Origin: Candidatus Omnitrophota bacterium
Lineage (GTDB): Bacteria; Omnitrophota; Gorgyraeia; Zapsychrales; Fredricksoniimonadaceae
Length of the DNA: 48,480 nt
NCBI GenBank assembly: GCA_013335325.1
Contig: JAAXVU010000001.1
Span: forward strand, 1-48,480
Direction: 5' to 3'
Shown: positions 28,953 to 36,445 of the stretch, piece after piece
Layout of the letters: each line of letters opens with the position of its first letter
Numbering within the stretch: position 1 is the first letter of the stretch
Program-made: the position numbers and the translations under genes
The notes under the pieces: generated by a model
Told to the model about the DNA's origin: nothing
The model's database searches: none
The model's input: only the letters and a program-made list of their open reading frames with translations

Positions 28953-29848
28953 ACGATCCTTTCCAAGGCTCTCAAACGAGCACTGCGGGAACGAGGATTA
29001 CCAATGACTTCCTCATCGCCCGGTCTTAATGGTTTCTTAGTCAAAATCTTGGCGCTGCCGCTACGTGCCAACTCTTTAAATTTCTCTTTTACGATCCGGT
29101 CTTCCAACGAATGAAACGCTATTACCACCAGGCGTCCGCCGATCTTCAGATATCGCGGAGCCGTATCCAAAGCCTTCTTGAGAACCTCCAGTTCCCGGTT
29201 TACCGCCATGCGTAACGCCTGAAAAGTACGCGTCGCTGGATGTAATGCCCCCCGCTGATACCCTCGGGGCAACGAGCGCAACACCAGGTCGGATAATTCT
29301 TTCGTCGTCTTGATGGCCCGCGCCGAACGCGCCGCTACAATATTGCGCGCGATCCGACGGCTGAAACGCTCCTCGCCAAGTCGCCAGATAAGATCTGCCA
29401 ACTCCTCTTCCGGAAGCGAGTTCACAAGCTCGGTGGCTGAAAATTGCGCATCCTTATCCATGCGCATATCCAGCAAGGCCTCCTCGCGGTAACTGAATCC
29501 GCGCGAAGCATCGTCCAACTGCAGGCTGGAAACACCTAAATCTAAAAGAACGCCGTCCACTTCCATGATCCCCAGACGGTCCAGGACGACATCTATATCC
29601 CCAAAATTGCTTTTTACAATATCCAGTTGCCCTACAAAACCGGAAAGTCGCCTGTGCGCATGCGCAATGGCATCAGCATCCTGATCAATACCGACGATAC
29701 GCCCCTTCGCCCCAATGATCCCCGCGGCCAGCGATGCGTGTCCGCCCAAACCAAGCGTGCAATCCACATAAACCGACCCGGCCCCCAAATTAAGAAGCCC
29801 CTCTACTTCTCGGGCCATGACCGGAATATGCTGCACAGTAACTGTCAT
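28949..29848 (-). CDS. rsmH: 16S rRNA (cytosine1402-N4)-methyltransferase
   Basis: The 299-aa ORF has HIPVM...VDCTLGLGGHA, FHSLEDR and NPRSRSARLR motifs. Confidence 0.95.
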   Translation of the reverse strand: MTVTVQHIPVMAREVEGLLNLGAGSVYVDCTLGLGGHASLAAGIIGAKGRIVGIDQDADAIAHAHRRLSGFVGQLDIVKSNFGDIDVVLDRLGIMEVDGVLLDLGVSSLQLDDASRGFSYREEALLDMRMDKDAQFSATELVNSLPEEELADLIWRLGEERFSRRIARNIVAARSARAIKTTKELSDLVLRSLPRGYQRGALHPATRTFQALRMAVNRELEVLKKALDTAPRYLKIGGRLVVIAFHSLEDRIVKEKFKELARSGSAKILTKKPLRPGDEEVIGNPRSRSARLRALERIV

Positions 29849-29879
29849 GCAAAGTCGCCACTCCCCAACGCACAGGATG

Positions 29880-30167
29880 CTAGGCCATCACGAAATCAGT
29901 ACCGGAAGCAACAAAACTTGGCACCTTGCGCTCCATAATCGCCTGCTCAAAACCGTCCCAGACCAGGGTATAATCTTCCGGATCCAACACTTCCTCCCAG
30001 TTACCCTTGATACCATTGCGAGCATAGATCTTGTGCTTGCCCTGAAAAACCAAATAAATCTTTGTTCGGCCAGTGTGTTCTTCCTGTGCCGAGCAAAATA
30101 CACACTCGCAATGCGGCAACTCGACCATATGCTTAAAGAACAATTTGAAACGGGTATCGGTAATCAT
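29880..30167 (-). CDS. Hypothetical 95-aa protein with HCxCxxC motif, inserted between mraZ and rsmH
   Basis: The ATG at 30167 is preceded by a perfect AGGAGG with a 6-nt spacer. The open frame is uninterrupted with ordinary codon usage, no TM helix and no family I recognise. Confidence 0.6.
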   Translation of the reverse strand: MITDTRFKLFFKHMVELPHCECVFCSAQEEHTGRTKIYLVFQGKHKIYARNGIKGNWEEVLDPEDYTLVWDGFEQAIMERKVPSFVASGTDFVMA

Positions 30168-30214
30168 GGCCTACCTCCTGGCAAATGGTTTCCACTGCAC
30201 TTGCAATGCAATCC

Positions 30215-30652
30215 TTACAAGTCGAACAAATGTTCGGCTGTCTGCTCAAAACCCGGAGATGATTTGCTGAAAAACTCCTGCCACGTGGCCTTGTCCCACA
30301 CTTCTATCCTGTTAGATACCCCGATCAAAACCGTATGATCCTTTATGCAGGCAAAATCTTTTAAATACTGCGGGATAATAAAACGCCCCTGCTTGTCCGG
30401 CAGCACCTCGACCGCCCCTGAAAAAAATAGGCGGTTAAACATACGCGAGCTCTCCTTGGTGAAAGACAGCGCCTTAAGCTTCTGTTCAATGATCCGCCAT
30501 TCAAATTCCGAGAACATAAACACGCAACGTTCCAGCCCGCGGGTAACGTAAAACTTCTCGATCGAATTCTCCTTGGCCACCTCGCGGAAACGCGCCGGCA
30601 GGATCAATCGCCCCTTGGAATCCAGATTGTGCGTGTATTCACCGTAAAACAC
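30215..30652 (-). CDS. mraZ: Transcriptional regulator MraZ
   Basis: The 145-aa ORF has a GTG start with a GGAG SD 6 nt upstream. It begins MFYGEYTHNLDSKGRLILP and has a second repeat, DKQGRFIIP (duplicated SpoVT/AbrB-type fold). Confidence 0.95.
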   Translation of the reverse strand: MFYGEYTHNLDSKGRLILPARFREVAKENSIEKFYVTRGLERCVFMFSEFEWRIIEQKLKALSFTKESSRMFNRLFFSGAVEVLPDKQGRFIIPQYLKDFACIKDHTVLIGVSNRIEVWDKATWQEFFSKSSPGFEQTAEHLFDL

Positions 30653-30686
30653 CGCTGTTCTCCGTTTTTCCCGTCAGCCTGCCCAT

Positions 30687-30712
30687 ACACCACTTTGCAC
30701 CACTTTGCACCA
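30687..30712 (-). promoter_or_regulatory. Three direct 10-bp-phased GTGGTG (AAAGTGG) boxes; candidate MraZ operator
   Basis: The minus strand reads AGTGGTGCAA-AGTGGTGCAA-AGTGGTG, between the predicted -10 and the mraZ SD. It matches the published MraZ box style of GTGG-type direct repeats with 10-bp periodicity. Confidence 0.6.
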
Positions 30713-30724
30713 CTGACATCCACA

Positions 30725-30753
30725 AGTATAGATGCCGCCCCTCATACTGTCAA
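30725..30753 (-). promoter_or_regulatory. Near-consensus sigma70 promoter of the dcw (mra) operon
   Basis: The minus strand reads TTGACA, a 17-nt spacer, then TATACT. An AT-rich UP-like tract lies upstream and the operator boxes lie immediately downstream. Confidence 0.65.
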
Positions 30754-30886
30754 CTGGGAAAAGGAGGAAATATTAATAAAAAATATGTCCTCTTTTCGCA
30801 CAATTCTCGACGACATATATCTAATATGTGGAGTCATAGTGGAGGGGAAAAGCGCGAAAGATTGAAAAATTAGAATAAAAAGAAAT

Positions 30887-30936
30887 AAAAAAACGGAGCG
30901 CCTACCGGGCTCGTTAAACAAGCCGGCGACGCTCCG
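30887..30936 (-). terminator. Rho-independent terminator ending the ligA...ribF operon
   Basis: The minus strand reads CGGAGCG...GCCGG...CCGG...CGCTCCG followed by TTTTTTT, starting about 48 nt after the ribF stop. Confidence 0.75.
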
Positions 30937-30983
30937 CAAGCAAACCACGGAACCTTACCAATTTACTCTGTAGCCAATCAAGA

Positions 30984-31928
30984 TTATTTTAGTGCAGAAA
31001 AATATTCCCGGGCCGCGGCCACATCCTTACCGATCTGCTCCACCAGCGATTCTCCGTCGGGGAAACGCATATCGGATCGCAAACGTTTCAGCACATCCAC
31101 ATTGATCATACGACCGTATAACCCGCCCTTAAAATCAAAAATATAGACCTCTAAAACCAGCCGAGCACGAGCACCTTTGAACGAAGGCCTACGACCAATA
31201 TAGAAAAGCGCATTCAACTGTTTTCCATCCACCGTCACTCGAGCTATATAAATTCCAGCAGGCAAAATAACAACGTTTTCCTGCTGTAAATTAGCCGTGG
31301 GAAAACCCAACTTTCGCCCCCGGCCATCACCATGGACTACCCGACCGATCACCGAATACGGCCTTCCCAGAAGACGCTCCAGGCCCTCCACACATCCTTT
31401 GGCCAATTGCTCCCTTATATAAGAAGATTTAATATAAGTATTATTTATCTTTTTAATACTTTTGGCCTCTAAAACAAACCCGCTCTTAACGCCCTGGGCC
31501 TTCAGCAACTTTATAGTACCCACCCGGTCATGCCCGAAATGAAAATCATCCCCCACCACTATCTTTTTGACCTTCAAACCCCTGACCAAATATCTTTCCA
31601 CAAAATCCACCGGACGCAGTGCCGAAAAACGCTTGTTAAAAGAAACCACCAGACAGGCGTCGACACCTAGTTCGGAAATAATCTTTAAGCGCTGTGAAAG
31701 TGTGGTAATGTACGAAGAGAAACGCTCCGGGTGCAGAACCGCAACCGGATGTGGATGGAAAGTCACTACCATGCTGGTGCCGCCAATACGACGAGCCTCG
31801 GACACTGCTCGCCGTATAACTTCCTGATGCCCCAGATGCACTCCATCGAAGACACCGATCGCGGCTACTACATCCTTAAGCTTAGGCCGGGTTCTGCCCA
31901 ACTGGCCAATCCCGTAAAACACCCGCAT
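30984..31928 (-). CDS. ribF: Bifunctional riboflavin kinase / FMN adenylyltransferase
   Basis: The 314-aa ORF has IGVFDGVHLGHQ, FHPHP, and GFPTAN plus GRRP in the kinase half. Confidence 0.95.
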   Translation of the reverse strand: MRVFYGIGQLGRTRPKLKDVVAAIGVFDGVHLGHQEVIRRAVSEARRIGGTSMVVTFHPHPVAVLHPERFSSYITTLSQRLKIISELGVDACLVVSFNKRFSALRPVDFVERYLVRGLKVKKIVVGDDFHFGHDRVGTIKLLKAQGVKSGFVLEAKSIKKINNTYIKSSYIREQLAKGCVEGLERLLGRPYSVIGRVVHGDGRGRKLGFPTANLQQENVVILPAGIYIARVTVDGKQLNALFYIGRRPSFKGARARLVLEVYIFDFKGGLYGRMINVDVLKRLRSDMRFPDGESLVEQIGKDVAAAREYFSALK

Positions 31929-32562
31929 TGAAATCCTCCAGCTTCACCGCCTTGTCAATGGAAAAAGGCCCCACCTTGATCCTGCGGATCTGCGTGATAC
32001 AGGCCCCGCAACCCAACAGCTCGCCGACATCTTCGGCGACTTGCCGCACATAGGTGCCTTTGGAGCATTCCAGGATAAATTCGGCAAAGGGACTTTGAAA
32101 ATTCAAAAGCTCCAGCCGGTCTATCCGGACGCTTCGAGGCGCACGCTCCACCGCCACCCCTTTGCGCGCCAGCTTGTAAAGCCGCTCACCGTTGTGCTTG
32201 ACCGCCGAAACCATTGGCGGGACCTGAAAAATAGAACCGGTAAAACTCTTAAAGGCCTCCTCAAGCATGTCCCGAGAAACCTTTTCATACGGACGGGTCG
32301 ACAAAACCTCGCCGTTTATATCGGCGCTGGAAGTCTTAAGCCCCAACTGCATAGTCGCCGAATAGGCCTTGTCAAAAGCCACAAATTTGTCAAACAACCG
32401 GGTAGATTTACCCACAAGAATTACCAGCACACCCGTCGCCAATGGATCCAGCGTACCGGCATGGCCCACCCGCTTGATCTTCAGAATCCGCCTCACCCGG
32501 GCAACTACGTCATGCGAAGTCATGCCCGAAGGCTTATCTATTATTGCTATGCCTTCCGTCAT
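31882..32562 (-). CDS. truB: tRNA pseudouridine(55) synthase
   Basis: The 226-aa ORF has GMTSHDVV and the HAGTLDPLATGVL catalytic Asp motif. Confidence 0.95.
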   Translation of the reverse strand: MTEGIAIIDKPSGMTSHDVVARVRRILKIKRVGHAGTLDPLATGVLVILVGKSTRLFDKFVAFDKAYSATMQLGLKTSSADINGEVLSTRPYEKVSRDMLEEAFKSFTGSIFQVPPMVSAVKHNGERLYKLARKGVAVERAPRSVRIDRLELLNFQSPFAEFILECSKGTYVRQVAEDVGELLGCGACITQIRRIKVGPFSIDKAVKLEDFNAGVLRDWPVGQNPA

Positions 32563-33521
32563 AATGCCTTTCCTATAGCAGCCAAGACCTTGCTTTTGGC
32601 CTTGGTTAGTCCCTGGTCCAGAAAACCACCGCTCGCTTTCTTATGCCCGCCCCCGCCGAACTGGCCGGCCAGCCGAGCCACATCGAAAGAACCGCGACTG
32701 CGAAAATTAAGACGCGTTTTCTCCTTCCCCTGCTCGGTCAATATCACGATAACCTCCAACCCCTGCACGGAACGTAAAAAGGTAAAAACCTTATCTTTTA
32801 AGTCAAACTCATCAGAGACAGACCCCAAGTCCCGACCGGTCAGCGCCAGACAGGCCACGCGCTCTCCATAAAAAAGCTCCAGACGGTTCATCAACGCCAA
32901 AAATGGCTTGAGATCTCGCCGGGGTAAAGTCTCATAGGCCTGTCCGTACATATCACTCACGGAAAACTTGAACTTTAGCAACTCGGCTACCACCGTATGG
33001 GTATGCGAACTTGTGCAATCAAAACCAAAAGAGCCGGTGTCGGTCAGTATGCCCAGGTAAAGGAGCATGGCAATATCTTTGGTAAAATGGCACTTTGCCT
33101 TTTTCAGGAGCCTAAAGAGTATCTCCGACGTGGAAGAATATTGCTCCTCTACCAGGTTAAGGTCGCCAAAATTCTCATTTGTGCAGTGATGGTCGATATT
33201 AATCACCTGCACACCCGGCCTTATCAGACGGGCCACGCTGCCCAAGCGTTTCAGGTCGCCGCAATCCAACACTACCAGGACTTCCGCCGCAAAAGCACCA
33301 TGCTTAACTTCGTCGAACTTCTCATAAAGAGATATCCGCGGCACAAAATTCAGCCAAGACGGACAGTCATCCTGGTTGACCATGCGAACCTTCTTGCCCT
33401 GCGCTCGTAGAAAAAGCGTCAACGCCAACGCCGCCGCCACCGCATCCGGGTCGGGGTTGACATGCATGCTGACAATAAATTTATGATGCTTCCTTAAAGA
33501 CTGAATGATCCGCCGTTCCAT
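32559..33521 (-). CDS. nrnA: DHH/DHHA1 phosphoesterase (NrnA-like oligoribonuclease/pAp phosphatase)
   Basis: The 320-aa ORF has HVNPDPDAV, DCGD, NIDHH and GGGGHKKASG (DHHA1) motifs. It lies between rbfA and truB, an arrangement seen in several phyla. Confidence 0.8.
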   Translation of the reverse strand: MERRIIQSLRKHHKFIVSMHVNPDPDAVAAALALTLFLRAQGKKVRMVNQDDCPSWLNFVPRISLYEKFDEVKHGAFAAEVLVVLDCGDLKRLGSVARLIRPGVQVINIDHHCTNENFGDLNLVEEQYSSTSEILFRLLKKAKCHFTKDIAMLLYLGILTDTGSFGFDCTSSHTHTVVAELLKFKFSVSDMYGQAYETLPRRDLKPFLALMNRLELFYGERVACLALTGRDLGSVSDEFDLKDKVFTFLRSVQGLEVIVILTEQGKEKTRLNFRSRGSFDVARLAGQFGGGGHKKASGGFLDQGLTKAKSKVLAAIGKAL

Positions 33522-33931
33522 TATTCCTCCTCCGACATTGCGCTTTCCTGCTGGTCCTTGCCGGAACCGCCAGCCTCACGCCCTTCACGCTCCCGACGGA
33601 TACCTTCCAACGTTTGGGACATGCGGAAAGACTCCGCGATCGTCTTGTCGTAGACAAACTTGATCTCCGGCATGTGCCGTATATCGACCCGCTCGCTCAA
33701 AAGCTTCCGCACCCGCCTCCGGGCCGAATCCAGTCCAGCCTCTGCAGACTGCACAGCCCGCGGGTCGTCCGCCAAAAGACTGAACCCGACATGGGCCCAG
33801 CTCAAATCCTTGCTTATATCGACATAGGTGATCGTGACAAGACGGATTCGAGGGTCGCTCACTTCCCCCAGCAAGATCATGTTGCCTATCTCGCGCTTGA
33901 ACAACTGATTCAACTTCTCCATGCGACTCAT
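33521..33931 (-). CDS. rbfA: Ribosome-binding factor A
   Basis: The 136-aa ORF has RMEKLNQLFKREIGNMI...DPRI..VTITYVDISKDLSWA, followed by an acidic/basic C-terminal tail. Confidence 0.9.
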   Translation of the reverse strand: MSRMEKLNQLFKREIGNMILLGEVSDPRIRLVTITYVDISKDLSWAHVGFSLLADDPRAVQSAEAGLDSARRRVRKLLSERVDIRHMPEIKFVYDKTIAESFRMSQTLEGIRREREGREAGGSGKDQQESAMSEEE

Positions 33932-33937
33932 ATCGTA

Positions 33938-35023
33938 TCAACCTCTCGAAATCATCTCACGTTCCAATACCGGCAACCAACTATCCCCATCCGCGATGGC
34001 GGCCGCCAGCACCAAGGCTTCCGGCGACGCCTTTTTGAGAACTGACGACCCTAAAGTTGCGTCCAGCATAACAGGAACAGCGACGAATTGCAAAATTTCC
34101 GCAATCTTTCGTTTATCCCCCCGACCGACGCCAAGATGGGTCATGACACCAGTCGCCTCTCGGGCCGCCAACCCAACCAGAAGGGCCGCCAGATGTACGC
34201 GCCAAAGAATACTTCCACGCCGGAGCAGCGGTTCCCGATAACGGGTCAGCAACACCGCCGCCTGTTCCACCGCATGGAACCTACTGGCAGTCGGAGGCCA
34301 ACCCTTCGGCCACCAGCCCCCAAGCTCATACAGTCGCTTTAGCGCCGGGAGAGGATCCTCCTCTTCAAGTATGCGGCGGAATTCGTTCCAGTAACGGACC
34401 GGAGCGATGCTAGCAAAGCTGTCTTCCTGCAAGGCTTCCTTGAGCGCTTCCCGCGTCGGTTCAGATAAATGAAAGCTAAACCTCTGTTCGTAACGGATTG
34501 CCCGCAATATTCTGGTCGGATCATCAACAAAACTATTCGCGTGAATGACCTTCACTACGCCTCGACGCAGATCTCCCAGCCCGCCGAGCTCATCGTGTAA
34601 TTCCCCGCAGTTTGAGGGCAATATAGATACGGCCATGGCGTTAATAGTAAAATCGCGCCGATAGAGGTCTTCCGTCAACGTGCCAGGATGCACCTCAGGT
34701 AGCGCACCTGGCCGGCTGTAGGCCTCACGCCTAGCAGTGACCACGTCAAACCTGGTGCCATCCGGCCTCTCCAGAACGGCAGTGCCAAATCGAGGATGGG
34801 TACGCAAAGCGGCACCAGTCCGGCCAGCCCAGACCCGGGCAAAGGCGATGCCGTCTCCCTCCACCACCACGTCTATATCCAGGCTGGGACGACCAAGTAG
34901 CAGATCCCGAACCGCTCCGCCTACCAGAAAAACCCGCAGTCCACGCTCAGCGGCGAGCCCCCCAGCCAGCCTTAGCTCTGCCTCGGCCTCCGGACCAAGT
35001 TTTCTCAGATCCAGTCTTTCCAC
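33938..35023 (-). CDS. Class II tRNA nucleotidyltransferase / poly(A) polymerase family protein (CCA-adding-like)
   Basis: The 361-aa ORF has head-domain motifs LVGGAVRDLLLGRPSLDIDVVV and RRDFTINAMAV. No HD domain is apparent. CCA-, CC- or A-adding specificity cannot be told from sequence here. Confidence 0.8.
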   Translation of the reverse strand: MERLDLRKLGPEAEAELRLAGGLAAERGLRVFLVGGAVRDLLLGRPSLDIDVVVEGDGIAFARVWAGRTGAALRTHPRFGTAVLERPDGTRFDVVTARREAYSRPGALPEVHPGTLTEDLYRRDFTINAMAVSILPSNCGELHDELGGLGDLRRGVVKVIHANSFVDDPTRILRAIRYEQRFSFHLSEPTREALKEALQEDSFASIAPVRYWNEFRRILEEEDPLPALKRLYELGGWWPKGWPPTASRFHAVEQAAVLLTRYREPLLRRGSILWRVHLAALLVGLAAREATGVMTHLGVGRGDKRKIAEILQFVAVPVMLDATLGSSVLKKASPEALVLAAAIADGDSWLPVLEREMISRG

Positions 35024-35028
35024 TTGTC

Positions 35029-35919
35029 TCAGCCCCTTGGATGAAATTTCTTATGTATCGTACGCAAGCGTTCTTTGTCGACATGCGTATAAATCTGTGT
35101 GGTGGAAATATCTGAATGCCCCAGCATTTCCTGCACACTGCGCAAGTCTGCCCCGTGCTCCAGAAGATGTGTCGCGAAAGTATGCCGCAAAGTGTGCGGC
35201 TTGATCGTCTTTTTAACGCCGGCCTTGCGGGCGTAAAGCTTGATCTGTTTCCAAATACTCTGACGTGACATTTTCTTCCCCAATCGGCTAACAAAAAGGG
35301 CATCGGCAATACGACCCCGTAATATCTTACGCCGGCCGCCTTCAATATATTTGATCAGCGCCTCCACTGCCCGCTTACCGACGGGAATTATCCGCTCCTT
35401 ACTCCCCTTACCAATGCATCGGACAAAGCCTACCTCCAGGTTGACGCTATCCGTTTTGAGGCCCACCAATTCCGAAACCCGTACCCCGCTGGCATAAAAC
35501 AGCTCCAACACCGCACGGTCCCGCTGGCTTTGCCAGTCGCGACCCTGCGTGGCCTCCAGCATGGCATCGACCTCCTTCTGCGACAGCACATCGGGTATTC
35601 GCTGCCATATCTTGGGAGTATCGATCAGGTCGGTAGGGTCTTCCCGGGTAAAATTCTCGCGCACCAGAAAACGGTAGAACATCCGGATGGCCGCCAGACT
35701 GCGGCAGATGGAAGTCGTCGACAATCCAGCCTTTTTCTGAGACTGCATATAGGCTGTAATCATTTCACGCGTCACCGTCTCCGGCGACTTTACCCCCTGG
35801 CTGGCCTCCTGGTAACGGGCAAAGGCCTCCAGGTCACGGCCGTAAGCGGCCAAAGTATTCCTGGCAAGACCACGCTCGACGGATAGATAACTTAAAAATT
35901 CTGCGATAAGGGCTTTCAT
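35029..35919 (-). CDS. xerD: Tyrosine recombinase XerD-type
   Basis: The 296-aa ORF has NTLAAYGRDL near the N-terminus and HTLRHTFATHLLEHGADLRSVQEMLGHSDISTTQIYTHV...FHPRG at the C-terminus, closely following the XerD pattern. The context is housekeeping, not prophage. Confidence 0.75.
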   Translation of the reverse strand: MKALIAEFLSYLSVERGLARNTLAAYGRDLEAFARYQEASQGVKSPETVTREMITAYMQSQKKAGLSTTSICRSLAAIRMFYRFLVRENFTREDPTDLIDTPKIWQRIPDVLSQKEVDAMLEATQGRDWQSQRDRAVLELFYASGVRVSELVGLKTDSVNLEVGFVRCIGKGSKERIIPVGKRAVEALIKYIEGGRRKILRGRIADALFVSRLGKKMSRQSIWKQIKLYARKAGVKKTIKPHTLRHTFATHLLEHGADLRSVQEMLGHSDISTTQIYTHVDKERLRTIHKKFHPRG

Positions 35920-35923
35920 TGGG

Positions 35924-36445
35924 TCACTTCAACAGCTTGTCGACCATATCCGGCTTGAAATTACGGCGCAAATCCCGCTCCACCGCCTTAAGCTCGCCAG
36001 AGACAACGTCGTAACGACGCAGGCTGAAAGGCTTGTCCAGAACTTCCATTTCACCCTGCACCCGGGACTCTAGCTTTTGCAGATCCACCTTTTGCATTTC
36101 CGGCAGCAAGGCCGCCATGGAATCCATACGTGCTACAATCTGTGATAGCAAGTAGCGCTCACGCTTCACATTTCCGTCCCGGCCCAAGGAACTCCAGAGG
36201 TCACTGAAATACCCCTTGAGCATAGCGTAATGCTCGCGGTAACGCTCGACGGGCGCATATACGCGCGGGGCGTACTCCTCGGGCTGCAATACCGGCACTA
36301 CGTCTTCCTTGGAATCACTGGACTTGCTTTTACGTACAAACTTGCGGCGTAACGTGGTACAACCGGCCATCGAAACCGTCAGGAACACCGCCGCCAGACA
36401 CATTACCGCCGCGCTACGGCGGCGTCTTTCAACCGATAACATCAT
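35924..36445 (-). CDS. Lipoprotein of unknown function
   Basis: A signal peptide with an RRRR n-region and the lipobox LTVSMAG|C precedes a soluble helical domain. The start was chosen at the internal Met (track start 36460) and overlaps the ligA 3' end. Confidence 0.6.
   Translation of the reverse strand: MMLSVERRRRSAAVMCLAAVFLTVSMAGCTTLRRKFVRKSKSSDSKEDVVPVLQPEEYAPRVYAPVERYREHYAMLKGYFSDLWSSLGRDGNVKRERYLLSQIVARMDSMAALLPEMQKVDLQKLESRVQGEMEVLDKPFSLRRYDVVSGELKAVERDLRRNFKPDMVDKLLK

Noticed and set aside
30742-30948. 68-aa minus-strand ORF and 78-aa plus-strand ORF (30629-30865) in the ribF-mraZ intergenic region
   Set aside because: They span the ribF terminator, the mra promoter and the operator. 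They are AT-rich and low-complexity with no SD. The region is better explained as regulatory DNA.
35029-35919. Tyrosine recombinase as a sign of a prophage or integrative element, with tRNA-Pro at 39286 as a possible att site
   Set aside because: The sequence follows XerD closely and is embedded in a housekeeping operon (ligA...ribF). There are no flanking phage or transposon genes, no direct repeats of the tRNA 3' end, and no compositional break.
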